Origin: Alphaproteobacteria bacterium
Lineage (GTDB): Bacteria > Pseudomonadota > Alphaproteobacteria > UBA828
NCBI GenBank assembly: GCA_965214705.1
Contig: CBDCCI010000002.1
Span: forward strand, 2,240,001-2,304,000
Direction of reading: 5' to 3'
Length of the DNA: 64,000 bases
Shown piece by piece: positions 23,201 to 33,701 of the stretch. The number at the start of each line of letters is the position of its first letter. Position 1 is the first letter of the stretch. The position numbers and the translations under genes were made by a program. Under the pieces are notes generated by a model that saw only the letters and a program-made list of their open reading frames with translations, searched no databases and was not told the DNA's origin.

Positions 23201-24358
23201 TCAGACCTTGTCGTAGATTCCTTTGTTGAACGCGGTCACCGGTTCCACGAAGTCGAGATAGGGTTCATCCCACGGGTCCTTGATTCCCCAGCCTCTGGCG
23301 GTGTTCTCGACATAGGCGCACCAGTGCCAACCGATGAACCAGGGCTCTTCGATCATCGGGGTCAGCGATTCGACATAGTTCGTGCCGCGCTCGGCCTGTG
23401 AGGAAAGGCCGGTACTGCGGTTTGGGTTGAGCTTGGTCGCCGTCCAGTTTCCGAGATCGGCGTTTAGGACAGGCTTTTCCGTGATCGCCTGCCACTCCGC
23501 GAAGGCGTTCCGCATGGCGATATGGTCGTCCATGGTCGGCCCGGAGAAATACTGGATCGACAAGACATCGACGAAGGGCTTCATGGCACGCAGCGCCGCG
23601 GTTGGGATGCCTTTGTTGCCGTTGTAGCGATCACCCAGAATGAGGTGGTTGGGGTCATGCGAGCGGACATGCTTGGTGATTGTCTCGTAGTATTTACTCG
23701 CAACATCATAGAGCTTGGTCGCGTGGGCCTCCTCGCTCAGGCTTTCGAAGCCACCGAAGAAGCGCCCGCTCGCATGGGGCAGCCATGACGGGATGTCGCC
23801 CAAGAAATAACCGAGCAGATTCGAGCTCTCGGCGTGATCGAGGCAGATGCTCCGCGCCAGATACTCGCAATAGACGTCGAAATCGGGGTGATAGACATCG
23901 GGAAAGGCGGGCTGGCCCTTCCAGTCTTCGATTTCGGCGACCCGTAGAAGAAGGGCGTACGGCATGTTGGCGACCTTGAAATCGGCGGCTGCCCAGGGCG
24001 CCGACGAATGGCCGAGGTCGATGGGGTCGCCGAACCAGTCAAGTGCTACGCCCCAATCGCCGCTGATGTATTCCTGAGTCCATCCGATGGTGTTGAAGCC
24101 CCACTCCCTGAAGTCCTTGGCGACGCCGTCCCGCAGCCAGCTCTCGCGCGAGCCGTACTTTTGTTTCCAGATGTCCCGATTGTGGGGGTACTTGAGATTT
24201 GATTCTTCGGCGTGATTGACCCCGATGCTGATGAAGGCCGCACCGTCGGGATCGACCAGCCACCAGCGTTCGTCCGTCCGCTCCAGGCGGAAGAAGCCCG
24301 TCGCGTCGAAGGTTCTACGCGTGTCGCCCCCATACGCGCTGAGGTGCGTCTGAGCCAT
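23201..24358 (-). CDS. GH50/agarase-like glycoside hydrolase, no signal peptide
   Basis: TGFFRL...WWLVDPDG, WGFNTIG, DPNHLILGDRY, DVLSIQY, IGWHWC. Confidence 0.7.
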   Translation of the reverse strand: MAQTHLSAYGGDTRRTFDATGFFRLERTDERWWLVDPDGAAFISIGVNHAEESNLKYPHNRDIWKQKYGSRESWLRDGVAKDFREWGFNTIGWTQEYISGDWGVALDWFGDPIDLGHSSAPWAAADFKVANMPYALLLRVAEIEDWKGQPAFPDVYHPDFDVYCEYLARSICLDHAESSNLLGYFLGDIPSWLPHASGRFFGGFESLSEEAHATKLYDVASKYYETITKHVRSHDPNHLILGDRYNGNKGIPTAALRAMKPFVDVLSIQYFSGPTMDDHIAMRNAFAEWQAITEKPVLNADLGNWTATKLNPNRSTGLSSQAERGTNYVESLTPMIEEPWFIGWHWCAYVENTARGWGIKDPWDEPYLDFVEPVTAFNKGIYDKV

Positions 24359-24379
24359 TCGAAGACCTCCCTGCATCCG

Positions 24380-24409
24380 GCCGCCGGCGGCCCCGAAGCC
24401 GCCGGCGGC
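24380..24409. other. GC hairpin between binding-protein gene and hydrolase (possible mRNA-stabilising stem)
   Basis: GCCGCCGGCGGC-cccgaa-GCCGCCGGCGGC, a palindromic 12-mer present twice. Confidence 0.45.
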
Positions 24410-24423
24410 GCGCCAATAGACAA

Positions 24424-25587
24424 CTACATGCAGCCGTTCTCGGCCTTGCAGGCCTCAAGAAGCTCCGGCGGCGGATCCTCGTGGAACACCACCCGGTAGG
24501 ACTCTGTAAGGTTGCTGGGTAGCACCGGCACCGCCGGCAGCACGATCCAAGGCGGCGGCTGGTTGCCCAGCAGCACCTGTAGAGCGGCTTCTGCCTCCGC
24601 CACGCCCTGGTCGTAGGGCTGTTGCGCGGCAATCCCCTTGATTAGCCCGCACTTCGCGAGCTCGACGCCGGCCTGGATGCCGAGGTCGATCGTGGTGATC
24701 GGAATGTCCTTACCCTGTGCCCTGAGCTCGGCCGCGACCTGCATGGCCGGCGCGTCCCAGACCACCCACATCCCGTTGATGTCGGGGTTTGCGGTGAGGA
24801 AACTCGACGCGGCGTCGCCCGCCCGGGTCGTGTCGACAAAGTCCACCTGCTTAATCGTCACGTCAGGCCGGTTCTCGGCGAACCACGACTTCACCCGTCG
24901 GGTGCGCTCGTTGGTAGTGAAAAAATCGACACCGAAGTCGACGATCCCGACCACTCCGTCCTGCGGGATGTGCGCGGCAAGTATCTGCGCGGCGACCTGA
25001 CCGTTTCCCTGGTTGTCGGGCGAGATCACTGCCTGATAGTCGTCGGGATAGGTTAGACCCTGAGGCACCTGATGCATCAGGATCAGCTTGATACCGGCCT
25101 CGGCGATCGACTTGTACGCCTCGGCGGTGGCGGTGTTGTCCACCGGGATGCTGATGATCGCATCGGGCTGGAGCTGGATCATGTCTCCGATCTGCGCCAC
25201 CTGGCGGTCGACGCGGAAGCTCGGGTTGGTCACAGCGACCAGCTCAACACCGTACTTCTCCAGCGTATCCGTAATGCCAGCGACAACTAGGGTCGACCAG
25301 TCGATATCCATCGTCTGCATGACGACACCGACGCGGAAATTGCCGGCCCTCACCGCTTCGCCCTGCTCGTCGGTTAGCTTGACACTGTCCACTGTGGACG
25401 GCGATTCGCCGAAGGGGCCGCCGCCGACGATCCCGTCTGGCACCAGGGCGGCCAGGTCGAGGCTGTTCGCAATCTCGCAGCTTCCGGCATGCGCCTGGCC
25501 CGCTGCCCCCGCGACCATGCCGATCGACATGGCGAGCGCACCGAGCAGGCCGACAGTCCTTCCCTTGTGGCGGATGTGCTTTCTCAT
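24424..25587 (-). CDS. Sugar ABC transporter substrate-binding protein (RbsB-like)
   Basis: Signal peptide ending AHA; IISIPVD, IKGIAAQQPYDQG. Confidence 0.9.
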   Translation of the reverse strand: MRKHIRHKGRTVGLLGALAMSIGMVAGAAGQAHAGSCEIANSLDLAALVPDGIVGGGPFGESPSTVDSVKLTDEQGEAVRAGNFRVGVVMQTMDIDWSTLVVAGITDTLEKYGVELVAVTNPSFRVDRQVAQIGDMIQLQPDAIISIPVDNTATAEAYKSIAEAGIKLILMHQVPQGLTYPDDYQAVISPDNQGNGQVAAQILAAHIPQDGVVGIVDFGVDFFTTNERTRRVKSWFAENRPDVTIKQVDFVDTTRAGDAASSFLTANPDINGMWVVWDAPAMQVAAELRAQGKDIPITTIDLGIQAGVELAKCGLIKGIAAQQPYDQGVAEAEAALQVLLGNQPPPWIVLPAVPVLPSNLTESYRVVFHEDPPPELLEACKAENGCM

Positions 25588-25640
25588 GTTTCTCTCTCCC
25601 TTGTTTACGCGGGCGCTCCGGCCCGCCACTGCGATACCGT

Positions 25641-26606
25641 TCACTGCCTCCGTGCGGTGACGGCAATCCAGATGATGAAGCCCTTGATCGCGATCTGGAG
25701 GGAGCTGTCGACTCCCACCAGAACCAGCCCGTTATTGACGATGCCGATGATGAGGCTTCCGACCAGCGCGCCGGCGATCGTGCCGCGCCCGCCCGAGAGT
25801 GCGGCACCGCCGAGGATGACCGCGGTGATGACATCAAGTTCCAGGCCCGCGCCGACATCGGGGCGCGCAGCGTGGGAGCGGGCGCTCAGCACCACACCGG
25901 CAAAGCCCGCGAGAAGCCCGGTCAGCGTCAGTGTCGCGATGCGGATGCGGTAGGTGGAGATGCCAGAGTAGAGAGCGGCGGTCGTGTTGCCGCCGGTAGC
26001 AAAGACCTTGCGGCCGAACGTGCTGAAGTGGAGCAGGATCGCGCCGGCCACCATGAGCACCGCTGTCCAGGCGATCACGACCGGGATGCCAAGCACGTGG
26101 CCTTCGCCGAAAATCTTGAAGTAGGGCTCGTTGGTGATGACGATCGGTCTGGTGTCCGTCAGCATCATCGCGAAGCCGCGGGCGATTCCGAGCGAGCCGA
26201 GGGTGATCAGGAAGGACGGCGTGCGGAACTGGACGGTGAGGAAGCCGTTCACGAACCCGACCAGCGCGCCGGTGGCGAGCCCGACCACGGCGCCCAAGAG
26301 CCAGTGGTCGCCAAGCAGCCGCATTGAGATCGCCGACGTTACTCCCGCCAGCGCCAGGACCGAACCGACGGAGAGATCGAACTCGCCGGAGACGATGACG
26401 AAGGTCATGCCGACCGCGATGATCGAGACCAGCGCCGTCTGCCGGCCTATATTCTCGAAATTGGAAAGAGTCAGGAAGTACGGCGATGAGACCGAGAACA
26501 CAATGATGAGGATGACGAAGGCGATGTAGATCATGCCCTCGCCCGAGAGGACCCGCCGACGAATCGTGTCGATCCACTCCGTCGCTATCGGAGACCCCTT
26601 GCTCAA
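25641..26606 (-). CDS. Sugar ABC transporter permease (RbsC-like)
   Basis: GEFDLSVGS, PSFLITLG, GGNTTAALYSGI, ELDVITAVILGG. Confidence 0.93.
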   Translation of the reverse strand: MSKGSPIATEWIDTIRRRVLSGEGMIYIAFVILIIVFSVSSPYFLTLSNFENIGRQTALVSIIAVGMTFVIVSGEFDLSVGSVLALAGVTSAISMRLLGDHWLLGAVVGLATGALVGFVNGFLTVQFRTPSFLITLGSLGIARGFAMMLTDTRPIVITNEPYFKIFGEGHVLGIPVVIAWTAVLMVAGAILLHFSTFGRKVFATGGNTTAALYSGISTYRIRIATLTLTGLLAGFAGVVLSARSHAARPDVGAGLELDVITAVILGGAALSGGRGTIAGALVGSLIIGIVNNGLVLVGVDSSLQIAIKGFIIWIAVTARRQ

Positions 26607-28174
26607 GGCTGCACCTCCTGAACGATCTGGTGGAGGTGTTCCTCGTTGCGGAGCTCGGACACCGGCAGGACGTAGACCACGCGCCCACCGGCCACCACGG
26701 CGATGCGGTCGGTCAGCATCAGGAGTTCGCCCAAGTCGGAGGAAACGATGAGCGCCGCGGCACCGCCCGAGACCATGGTGCGCACGACCTCGTAGATCTG
26801 CTCGCGGGCGCCGACATCGACGCCCACCGTGGGCTCATCGAGCAGAAGCAGACTCGGCGTGGGATCGCTCCAGCGACCGAACACGACCTTCTGCTGATTG
26901 CCGCCGGAAAGCTCGGCCGCTCGGGTCCCGGTCGACGGTGCCACGATTGAGAGCCCATCGATCGCGGCGCGCGCTCGCGCCTTCGACTCTCGGCGGCGAA
27001 ATAGGCCGAAAAAGTCGAGACGGTCGAGGCGCGGCAAGGCGACGTTGCGCTCGATGGAATGATCGAGAACGAGCCCCTGAAGGTGACGATCCTCTGGGAC
27101 CAGCCCGGCGCCGAGGCCAATCGCCTGCATCGGCCCCCGAACCTTGCGCCTCTCGCCGTTCACGCGCAGCTCTCCCGAGGCAATACGGCGAAGGCCGAAG
27201 ATGCTCTCGAGGATTTCGGTCCGGCCACTACCGATCATGCCGGCGAGACCTACGACCTCACCAGCCCACACGGCGAGATTGACACCATTGAGGCGATCGT
27301 TGCTCACATCGACGAGCTCAAGCACGGGCTGGCCAGTCGCGCTCGGCTGGGCACGCTCATAGTCCTCGGGCTTGCTGGCCGCTCCGGCTCCCGCCGGGCC
27401 GACGATGGCGCCGACCAGCTGCTCCATAGTCACGTCGCTGGTCGCAAAGGTGCCGACATTGGCACCGTCCCGCAGCACCGTCACGCGATCAGAGAGCTTG
27501 AACACCTCCTCCAGCCGGTGGGTCACGTAGATGACACCGACGCCGCGACGGCTGACCTGGCGGACCGCGTCGAACAGGATCTCTTCCTCACCGCGCGAAA
27601 GCGACGAGGTCGGCTCGTCGAGTACCAGAATGCGGACCTCGCCGGACAATGCCTTGGCGATTTCGGTCAACTGGCGGTACGCGAAGGGCAGATGCTCGAC
27701 CCGCGCGGTCGGATTGAGCGGCAAACCCTGCTCCTGAAGGAACTTCCGGGCATCCGCGATCAGCTTCCGCCTGTTGACGAGGCCGAACCGGCTCGGCTCG
27801 CGCGCCAAGTAAAGATTGTCTGCGACCCTCATCGACGGCACGAGGCTGAGCTCCTGATAGACCACCGCGACGCCTGCTGCACGAGCCGCAGCAGCGGACT
27901 TGAATTCGGCCTCCTTCCCTTCGACGCGGATAGTGCCGCTGTCCTTGTCCAGCACGCCGGCGAAAATCTTGATCAGGGTCGACTTGCCCGCGCCGTTCTG
28001 GCCCAGAAGTGCGTGCACCTCACCCGGGCGTAGGTCGAAGTGGACGCCGCGCAGCGCATGAACATTGCCGAAGTGCTTGACCACGTCATCGAGCTCGATT
28101 AGAGGCGGAAGCTGCGCCGCTTCTCCGGCAGACCCTGCCGACGAGCGGATCGAATCGGAGCCGGACCCGCTCAT
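26603..28174 (-). CDS. Sugar ABC transporter ATP-binding protein (RbsA-like, two NBDs)
   Basis: GQNGAGKST, LDEPT twice, LSGGNQQKV. Confidence 0.94.
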   Translation of the reverse strand: MSGSGSDSIRSSAGSAGEAAQLPPLIELDDVVKHFGNVHALRGVHFDLRPGEVHALLGQNGAGKSTLIKIFAGVLDKDSGTIRVEGKEAEFKSAAAARAAGVAVVYQELSLVPSMRVADNLYLAREPSRFGLVNRRKLIADARKFLQEQGLPLNPTARVEHLPFAYRQLTEIAKALSGEVRILVLDEPTSSLSRGEEEILFDAVRQVSRRGVGVIYVTHRLEEVFKLSDRVTVLRDGANVGTFATSDVTMEQLVGAIVGPAGAGAASKPEDYERAQPSATGQPVLELVDVSNDRLNGVNLAVWAGEVVGLAGMIGSGRTEILESIFGLRRIASGELRVNGERRKVRGPMQAIGLGAGLVPEDRHLQGLVLDHSIERNVALPRLDRLDFFGLFRRRESKARARAAIDGLSIVAPSTGTRAAELSGGNQQKVVFGRWSDPTPSLLLLDEPTVGVDVGAREQIYEVVRTMVSGGAAALIVSSDLGELLMLTDRIAVVAGGRVVYVLPVSELRNEEHLHQIVQEVQP

Positions 28175-28202
28175 CACAATCGCCTTGGGGTTCCTTGCCT
28201 GC

Positions 28203-29183
28203 TCACCGGACGCGCCGTCTGCTGAGGGCAATCGCGAACCAGATGATGAGACCCTTGACGGCAAGTTGCAAAGACGGATCCACCCCCACGAGATTGAGCC
28301 CGTTGTTGAGAACGCCGATGATCAGGCTTCCGACCACGGCTCCGACGATCGTCCCTGTACCGCCGCCGAGCGCGGCGCCGCCGAGGATGACCGCCGCGAT
28401 CACGTCCAGCTCGATCCCGGCACCGGCGTCCGGCCGGGCGGCGTGGGAACGCGCGGTCAGCACCAGCGCCGCCAGCCCCGCCAGCATTCCGGTGATCGTA
28501 AGCGTCGTGACCTTCACGAAGTCCGTATTGACGCCCGAATAGCGCGCCGCGGTGGTGTTGCCGCCGGTCGCGTAGATCTTGCGGCCGAAGGTGCTGAAAT
28601 GAAGGAGGATGACGCCGCCGATGGCACAGACGATGGTCCACACGATCGGCACAGGGATGCCGACCAGGTGGCCCTCGCCGAAGATCATGATGTAGTCCTC
28701 GCTGAGGATGTTCACCGGGCGCGTGCCGGTAACGAGCAGCGCCAATCCCCGCGCGATACTGAGCGATCCCAGCGTGATCAGGAACGAGGGCATCCCGAGC
28801 TTGACGGTCAGCAGGCCATTGACCATGCCCACCATGGCGCCGGTCGACAGCGCCACCACGGCGCCCACGATCCATTCGTGCCCGACCATCTTCATCGTGA
28901 TGGCGGCGAATACGCCGGACAGCGCCATGGTCGAGCCGACGGAAAGATCGAATTCGCCGTTGATGATCACGAGCGCCATGCCGACGGCGATGATCGAGAC
29001 CAGCGTCGTCTGGCGCCCGATATTGGCGAAGTTCTCGGCACTCAGGAAGACGGGCGATGCGAAGGCGAAGGCGATCATGAGCGCGAGCAGCCCGAGGTAG
29101 ATCAGGCCGCCCGACGCGATTAGCGTCTGCCAAGCGGTACGGAGCGTTCCGGCGCCAGTCGGTTCCGGATCCGTGTCGCTCAT
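28203..29183 (-). CDS. Sugar ABC transporter permease (RbsC-like)
   Basis: Paralogue of 25641-26606 with the same motifs. Confidence 0.93.
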   Translation of the reverse strand: MSDTDPEPTGAGTLRTAWQTLIASGGLIYLGLLALMIAFAFASPVFLSAENFANIGRQTTLVSIIAVGMALVIINGEFDLSVGSTMALSGVFAAITMKMVGHEWIVGAVVALSTGAMVGMVNGLLTVKLGMPSFLITLGSLSIARGLALLVTGTRPVNILSEDYIMIFGEGHLVGIPVPIVWTIVCAIGGVILLHFSTFGRKIYATGGNTTAARYSGVNTDFVKVTTLTITGMLAGLAALVLTARSHAARPDAGAGIELDVIAAVILGGAALGGGTGTIVGAVVGSLIIGVLNNGLNLVGVDPSLQLAVKGLIIWFAIALSRRRVR

Positions 29184-30349
29184 GAACCGAGCGACACCCA
29201 GCCACTTGTCTCGCCGGACTCGAGGATCCCGTCTGCAATCGTTGAAATCCGCCAGCCATCCTCGAAGTCAGGCGATACACTTCCGCCGGCCACGATGGCG
29301 GAGATGAAATCGTGGCACTCGATGATCTTGGTCTCGCCGTAGCCCGTACCAAGCCCAGGGATGGGCCAGAGCGCATCGCCGTAGGGATGGGCGGGGCCCG
29401 TGTAGACCGTGCGGAAACCGCGCGCGTCCGCCGGATCGTCCGCGAACATGACCTGCAGCTCGTCGAGCCGCTCATAGTTGAACGCAATGGAGCCTTCGCT
29501 GCCATGCACCTCGAAGGTCAGGAAATTGTTGCGGCCATAGGCGTTGCGCGTCGCCTCGACCGAGCCGACCGCGCCGTTCTCGAACTTCAATAGTGCGATC
29601 ATCTCGTCGTCGACGTCGACCTTGCCGCGCGGTCCGCCTCCACTCTTGTCGGACGCCCCCAGCTTGTCCAGTCCGCCGGCTTGCAGCGGTCGATCCTTGA
29701 TATAGGTGTGGACCATGGCGTTAACGGCGGTGACCTCGCCAACCAAATAGCGTGCGAAATCGAGGACATGCGTTCCGATGTCGCCGACCGTGCCGGCGCC
29801 GGCGATGTCCTTCTGGAAGCGCCACGACAGCGGGCCGTTAGGATCGGCCGACCAGTCCTGAAGGTAGGTTCCGCGGAAGTTGAGGATTCGGCCGATGCGG
29901 CCCTCCTCGATGTAATTTTTGGCGAGCGCGACAGCCGGCGTGCGGCGGTAGTTGAAGGCCACCATGGTGACGGTCCCGGCCTTGCGGGCCGCATCGAGCA
30001 TGGTCCTGGCCTCGGCGCCGGAGCGCGCCAGCGGCTTTTCGCACAAGACATGCTTGCCCGCCTCGAGCGCCGCAATGGCGATTTCCGCGTGACTGTCGTT
30101 CGGCGTGACGATATCGACCACGTCGATGTCATCGCGGGTAACCGCTTCCTTCCAGTCGCCGGTCGATTCCTCAAAGCCGAAGCGAGCGGCGCCAACGGCG
30201 GCGAGGTCGGCCGTTATGTCGGCCAGGACTTTCCTCAGCGGCACGGCCGGTGCCGGCCAGAAGAACATCGGCATTGTGGCATAGGCCATCGCGTGCGCCT
30301 TGCCCATGAATCCGCCACCGATCATGGCGATGCTAAGCGTCCTGGTCAT
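29180..30349 (-). CDS. lgdA: Levoglucosan dehydrogenase homologue (Gfo/Idh/MocA)
   Basis: GGGFMGKAH..AY..MPMFFWPAPA, FRGTYLQDWSADP..PLSWRFQK, RGFRTVYTGPAHPYG..LWPIP.LG.GYGETKIIE; blocks I recognise from Pseudarthrobacter LGDH. Confidence 0.8.
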   Translation of the reverse strand: MTRTLSIAMIGGGFMGKAHAMAYATMPMFFWPAPAVPLRKVLADITADLAAVGAARFGFEESTGDWKEAVTRDDIDVVDIVTPNDSHAEIAIAALEAGKHVLCEKPLARSGAEARTMLDAARKAGTVTMVAFNYRRTPAVALAKNYIEEGRIGRILNFRGTYLQDWSADPNGPLSWRFQKDIAGAGTVGDIGTHVLDFARYLVGEVTAVNAMVHTYIKDRPLQAGGLDKLGASDKSGGGPRGKVDVDDEMIALLKFENGAVGSVEATRNAYGRNNFLTFEVHGSEGSIAFNYERLDELQVMFADDPADARGFRTVYTGPAHPYGDALWPIPGLGTGYGETKIIECHDFISAIVAGGSVSPDFEDGWRISTIADGILESGETSGWVSLGS

Positions 30350-30414
30350 TCTGTCCAACCGTTTGCTGAAAGTGAGACTGGCTTCCCGTCATGCGCCCGC
30401 ACCTGCCGCACGGG

Positions 30415-31248
30415 TCACGCCTGTGCGGCCTCGGAGCGCTGCAGATAGGCCATGCTGCGGGCTGCAGCCGCCCTGGGATCCGGCCAACTGTCGAGCTCGA
30501 CCAGGATCCAGCCGTCGTAGGCGATGTCGCGCAACGCGTCGATCACCGTGTCCATGTTCAGACTGCCCTCGTCGAGTGGCGTGAAGGCAAAGGGCTTCGC
30601 CTGGAAGCCCTTCAGATGAACGTAGGAGATGCGGTCCCGATGCTCCCGGATCAGGGCCGGAACGTCGGCGCCGGCAGCCGCGAGATGGGCGGTATCCGGG
30701 CAGAGGTCGATCGAGGTCTCGGCCAAGGCTGAACGCACTTCTTCGGCGTTCTCGGCGATCGTTGTCAGGTGGGGATGATAGTGTGCGGTCAATCCGTGCT
30801 TACGGGCGATTTCAACGACCCGCTCGAGACCCGCTCCGAGGCGCTTGAAGTCGTCCGGCCTGGAGCCGCCGGCGCGCTTGGCGCCCCCGCCGACCACCAG
30901 ATAGGCGGCGCCGGCCTCGACCGCCGCCGCCGCGCCGCGCTCGATACGGACCAGCTCTTCCTCGAGAATCTCTTCAAAGATGAAGTTGGCGCCCGCATAG
31001 ATTGCGAGAAGCCGGACGCCGTTCGCGTCGAGCACCATTCTCAGGTCGCCGAGACGATCCTCGTAGTCGAGAAGATTGCCGTCGAAGAGCTCGCAACCGC
31101 TATAGCCCAGCTCGCCGATTTCGCGGATCGCCTGCTCCATATCGCCGAAGGTGCGGTAGGTGAGCCGGGTGATCGAGGTTACGCCGACCGCATCGCCGCC
31201 GAGGCCGCCCCAGCAATTGGCGTGATAGGCCTTGTTCCAAGTGGTCAT
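30415..31248 (-). CDS. Xylose-isomerase-like TIM-barrel protein (LgdB-like 3-keto-sugar eliminase/hydratase)
   Basis: GYSGCELFDG, YHPHL, PDTAHL, YVHLK, YDGWILVELD metal-ligand pattern; directly upstream of lgdA. Confidence 0.75.
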   Translation of the reverse strand: MTTWNKAYHANCWGGLGGDAVGVTSITRLTYRTFGDMEQAIREIGELGYSGCELFDGNLLDYEDRLGDLRMVLDANGVRLLAIYAGANFIFEEILEEELVRIERGAAAAVEAGAAYLVVGGGAKRAGGSRPDDFKRLGAGLERVVEIARKHGLTAHYHPHLTTIAENAEEVRSALAETSIDLCPDTAHLAAAGADVPALIREHRDRISYVHLKGFQAKPFAFTPLDEGSLNMDTVIDALRDIAYDGWILVELDSWPDPRAAAARSMAYLQRSEAAQA

Positions 31249-31398
31249 GGTGTTCCTTTCGCGGCGTCGTCATCGTCCAAGAGTGCCGGTGGGTCGCACG
31301 CCTCCGCCCCGAGCGAACCAGAGCACTGCAGTTGCCGTTCTCCCGTTCGGGGTGCTCCCACATGCCGCGCCAGGCGGCAGACGGGGCAGCCGCCTCAC

Positions 31399-32283
31399 TT
31401 AGTTCCCGAAGAACTTCAGGTATTCGGCGGCAAGAGCCTCGGGGCATTCCTCGGCAAGCTGGTGCCCCTTCGGCAGGATGACACCGCGCACGTCCTCGGC
31501 AACCTCGCGCATCTGGCGCTCATTGTCCTCGGCGATGAAATACTGGCTGCCGACTGCCAGCACCGGCATCTTCAGCTTGGTCTTCGCCGCCTCCCTGTTC
31601 TGCCGGCCCGACTCCAGCGTCGCCCGGTAAATGGCGAAGCAGCAGCGCAGGCCGCCGGGCGACGAGTAGCAGCGAATATACTCGTTGAGATTCTCGTCGC
31701 TGATCGCGGTGGGATCGTTGCACTCGTGCTTGATAAAGTAGGTGAAATACTCGCGCTCCCGCCCGGTGATAAGCAGCTCCGGGAAGTCCGGCACGTTGTA
31801 GAAGTTGATGTGCCAGAGCCAGACATAGGTGCTGACGTTCTCGTGCGTGAGGAACGAATAGTCCTCGAGGCCGTATCCCGGCAGGATCATCTCCTGATAG
31901 CAGAGCTTCTTCACCCGTTCCGGATAGGCGGCCGCCAACTGATAGGCGGTGGAGGCTCCCCAATCCTCGCCTGCCACTTCGAAGGTCTCGTACCCCAGAT
32001 GCGTCGCGAGCTGGGCGATATCCTCGCCCATGTTTCGCATGTCATAGCCGGACTCCGGATGCTGGGAGTCGCCCAGCCCGCGAAGATCGGGGGCGATCAC
32101 CGTGAAGTGCTCGGTGAGTAGCGGGATCACGTAGCGCCAGTGGTAGTGGGTCTTGGGAACTCCATGCAGCAGGAAGAGCGGGTCGCCGCTGCCGCCGATG
32201 ACGTAATGGAGGCGGACTCCGTTCACCTGGGCGCGGCCGTGGTCGACCGGCTTACCGTTGTGATCGACGATCGGTGTCGGCAT
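31399..32283 (-). CDS. Alpha/beta hydrolase, epoxide hydrolase/haloacetate dehalogenase type
   Basis: HGVP oxyanion motif, APDLRGLGDS, GEDWGA Asp nucleophile, C-terminal GH..AEE.P. Confidence 0.85.
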   Translation of the reverse strand: MPTPIVDHNGKPVDHGRAQVNGVRLHYVIGGSGDPLFLLHGVPKTHYHWRYVIPLLTEHFTVIAPDLRGLGDSQHPESGYDMRNMGEDIAQLATHLGYETFEVAGEDWGASTAYQLAAAYPERVKKLCYQEMILPGYGLEDYSFLTHENVSTYVWLWHINFYNVPDFPELLITGREREYFTYFIKHECNDPTAISDENLNEYIRCYSSPGGLRCCFAIYRATLESGRQNREAAKTKLKMPVLAVGSQYFIAEDNERQMREVAEDVRGVILPKGHQLAEECPEALAAEYLKFFGN

Positions 32284-32320
32284 CTCGTTTCCTCCGCGGT
32301 TCCCGCATCCTGCCTGCAGC

Positions 32321-33469
32321 CTACTCGGCGCCCGAGCAGATCGGGTTGCGGCTGCACGCGTACTCCAGGTCATCCGGCACTGGCAGGTGGAAGACCGTAT
32401 CCCAGCCCTCGATCACGTTGTTCTGAATGACCGGAACGGCGGCGTAGGCGAGGAAGGGCGGCAGCTCCTTGCCGAGCAGGCTCTTCATCGCGGCGTTCGC
32501 TTCCGTCAGGCCCTGATCGTAGGGCACCTGGGAGGCCAGGCCCTTGATCATGCCGCCCTTGGCGACCTCGATCGCGACGTCCCCTTCCAGATTGATGGTG
32601 ACGCCGGGAATATCCTTGCCCTGCCCCCGTGCCGCGGCAGCCGAGTCGAGACCCGGCGCCGACCATTCGGTGAACAGGCCGGCGATCTTGGGGTTGGCAG
32701 TCAGGAAGCTCTCCGCCACCTTGCCGGCGTCGTTCGGGTTCAGGAAGGGGGCTTCCTTGAGCACGACGTCGGGGCGGATCTCCGCCATCTTGTCCCTGAA
32801 GCCCTTGGTGCGCTCATTGGTCACGTAGAACGAGATGCCGAAGGTGATGATGCCGACCTCAGCGCCCTCGGGCAGATACTTGTCGAGGATAAGGGCGGCG
32901 ACCGCACCGAGACCCTGGCTGTCGGACGAGACGACGGTCTGATAGTCCTCCTTGTGCTTTAGGCCGGCCGGCACATTGTCCATCATGACCAGCTTGATGC
33001 CGGCCTGCTGGATCTTTCTGTAGGACGCGGCCGTTGCCACGTCGTCCACCGGGATGCTGATGATGGCGTCCGGCTTCAGCAGGATCATGTCGTCGATCTG
33101 GCCGATCTGCTTTTCGACCATGAAGTCGGGATTGGTCACGGCGATCACCTCGCCGCCGCAGCGCGCGAGCCCGTCGGTGATGCCGCGCACCTGCTCGGTC
33201 GACCACTCGATGTTCATGGTCTGCATCACGATGCCGATCCTGAACCCTTGCTCCTTGGCCGCGGCGCATTCCTCGTCGGTCAGCCACGCCAGCGCGGGAT
33301 CGGAGGCCAGGTCCCCGGCCTGGCTGGGCCCGACGATGCCATCGGGCACGAGGGTCGCCGCATCGATGTCGGCGGTGGGATCCTGGGCGAGGCCGCTGGA
33401 GACGCTGCCTGCAACAAGCAATGAGAACAGAGCGGACGCAGCCACACTGCGCCGGACAGGCCGATACAT
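32321..33469 (-). CDS. Sugar ABC substrate-binding protein, second paralogue
   Basis: Signal peptide; IISIPVD, IKGLASQVPYDQG. Confidence 0.88.
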   Translation of the reverse strand: MYRPVRRSVAASALFSLLVAGSVSSGLAQDPTADIDAATLVPDGIVGPSQAGDLASDPALAWLTDEECAAAKEQGFRIGIVMQTMNIEWSTEQVRGITDGLARCGGEVIAVTNPDFMVEKQIGQIDDMILLKPDAIISIPVDDVATAASYRKIQQAGIKLVMMDNVPAGLKHKEDYQTVVSSDSQGLGAVAALILDKYLPEGAEVGIITFGISFYVTNERTKGFRDKMAEIRPDVVLKEAPFLNPNDAGKVAESFLTANPKIAGLFTEWSAPGLDSAAAARGQGKDIPGVTINLEGDVAIEVAKGGMIKGLASQVPYDQGLTEANAAMKSLLGKELPPFLAYAAVPVIQNNVIEGWDTVFHLPVPDDLEYACSRNPICSGAE

Positions 33470-33605
33470 GGTCAATCTCCCCGTGTTCGTAGTTCGATCC
33501 GCCGCACACCGACGGTTGCCACAGCTTAGGCGCAATAATCCACTCATGGCAAATGATATTCAGCAGAAGAAGTGTAATAAAGCCGTTTTTCGCACATATC
33601 ATCAT

Positions 33606-33670
33606 AAGTTTGTTGACATGAAACCGAATATTGTCATTAAATGGAGGTCTTATGTCGCAATTCAACATAA
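33606..33670. promoter_or_regulatory. Divergent promoter region with candidate ROK operator
   Basis: AT-rich; TTGACA at 33613-33618; imperfect inverted repeat TTATGTCG-N5-CAACATAA at 33650-33670. Confidence 0.55.
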
Positions 33671-33701
33671 CAGGGGTGCAAATGGTCAGGAGTAGGAAGC
33701 C

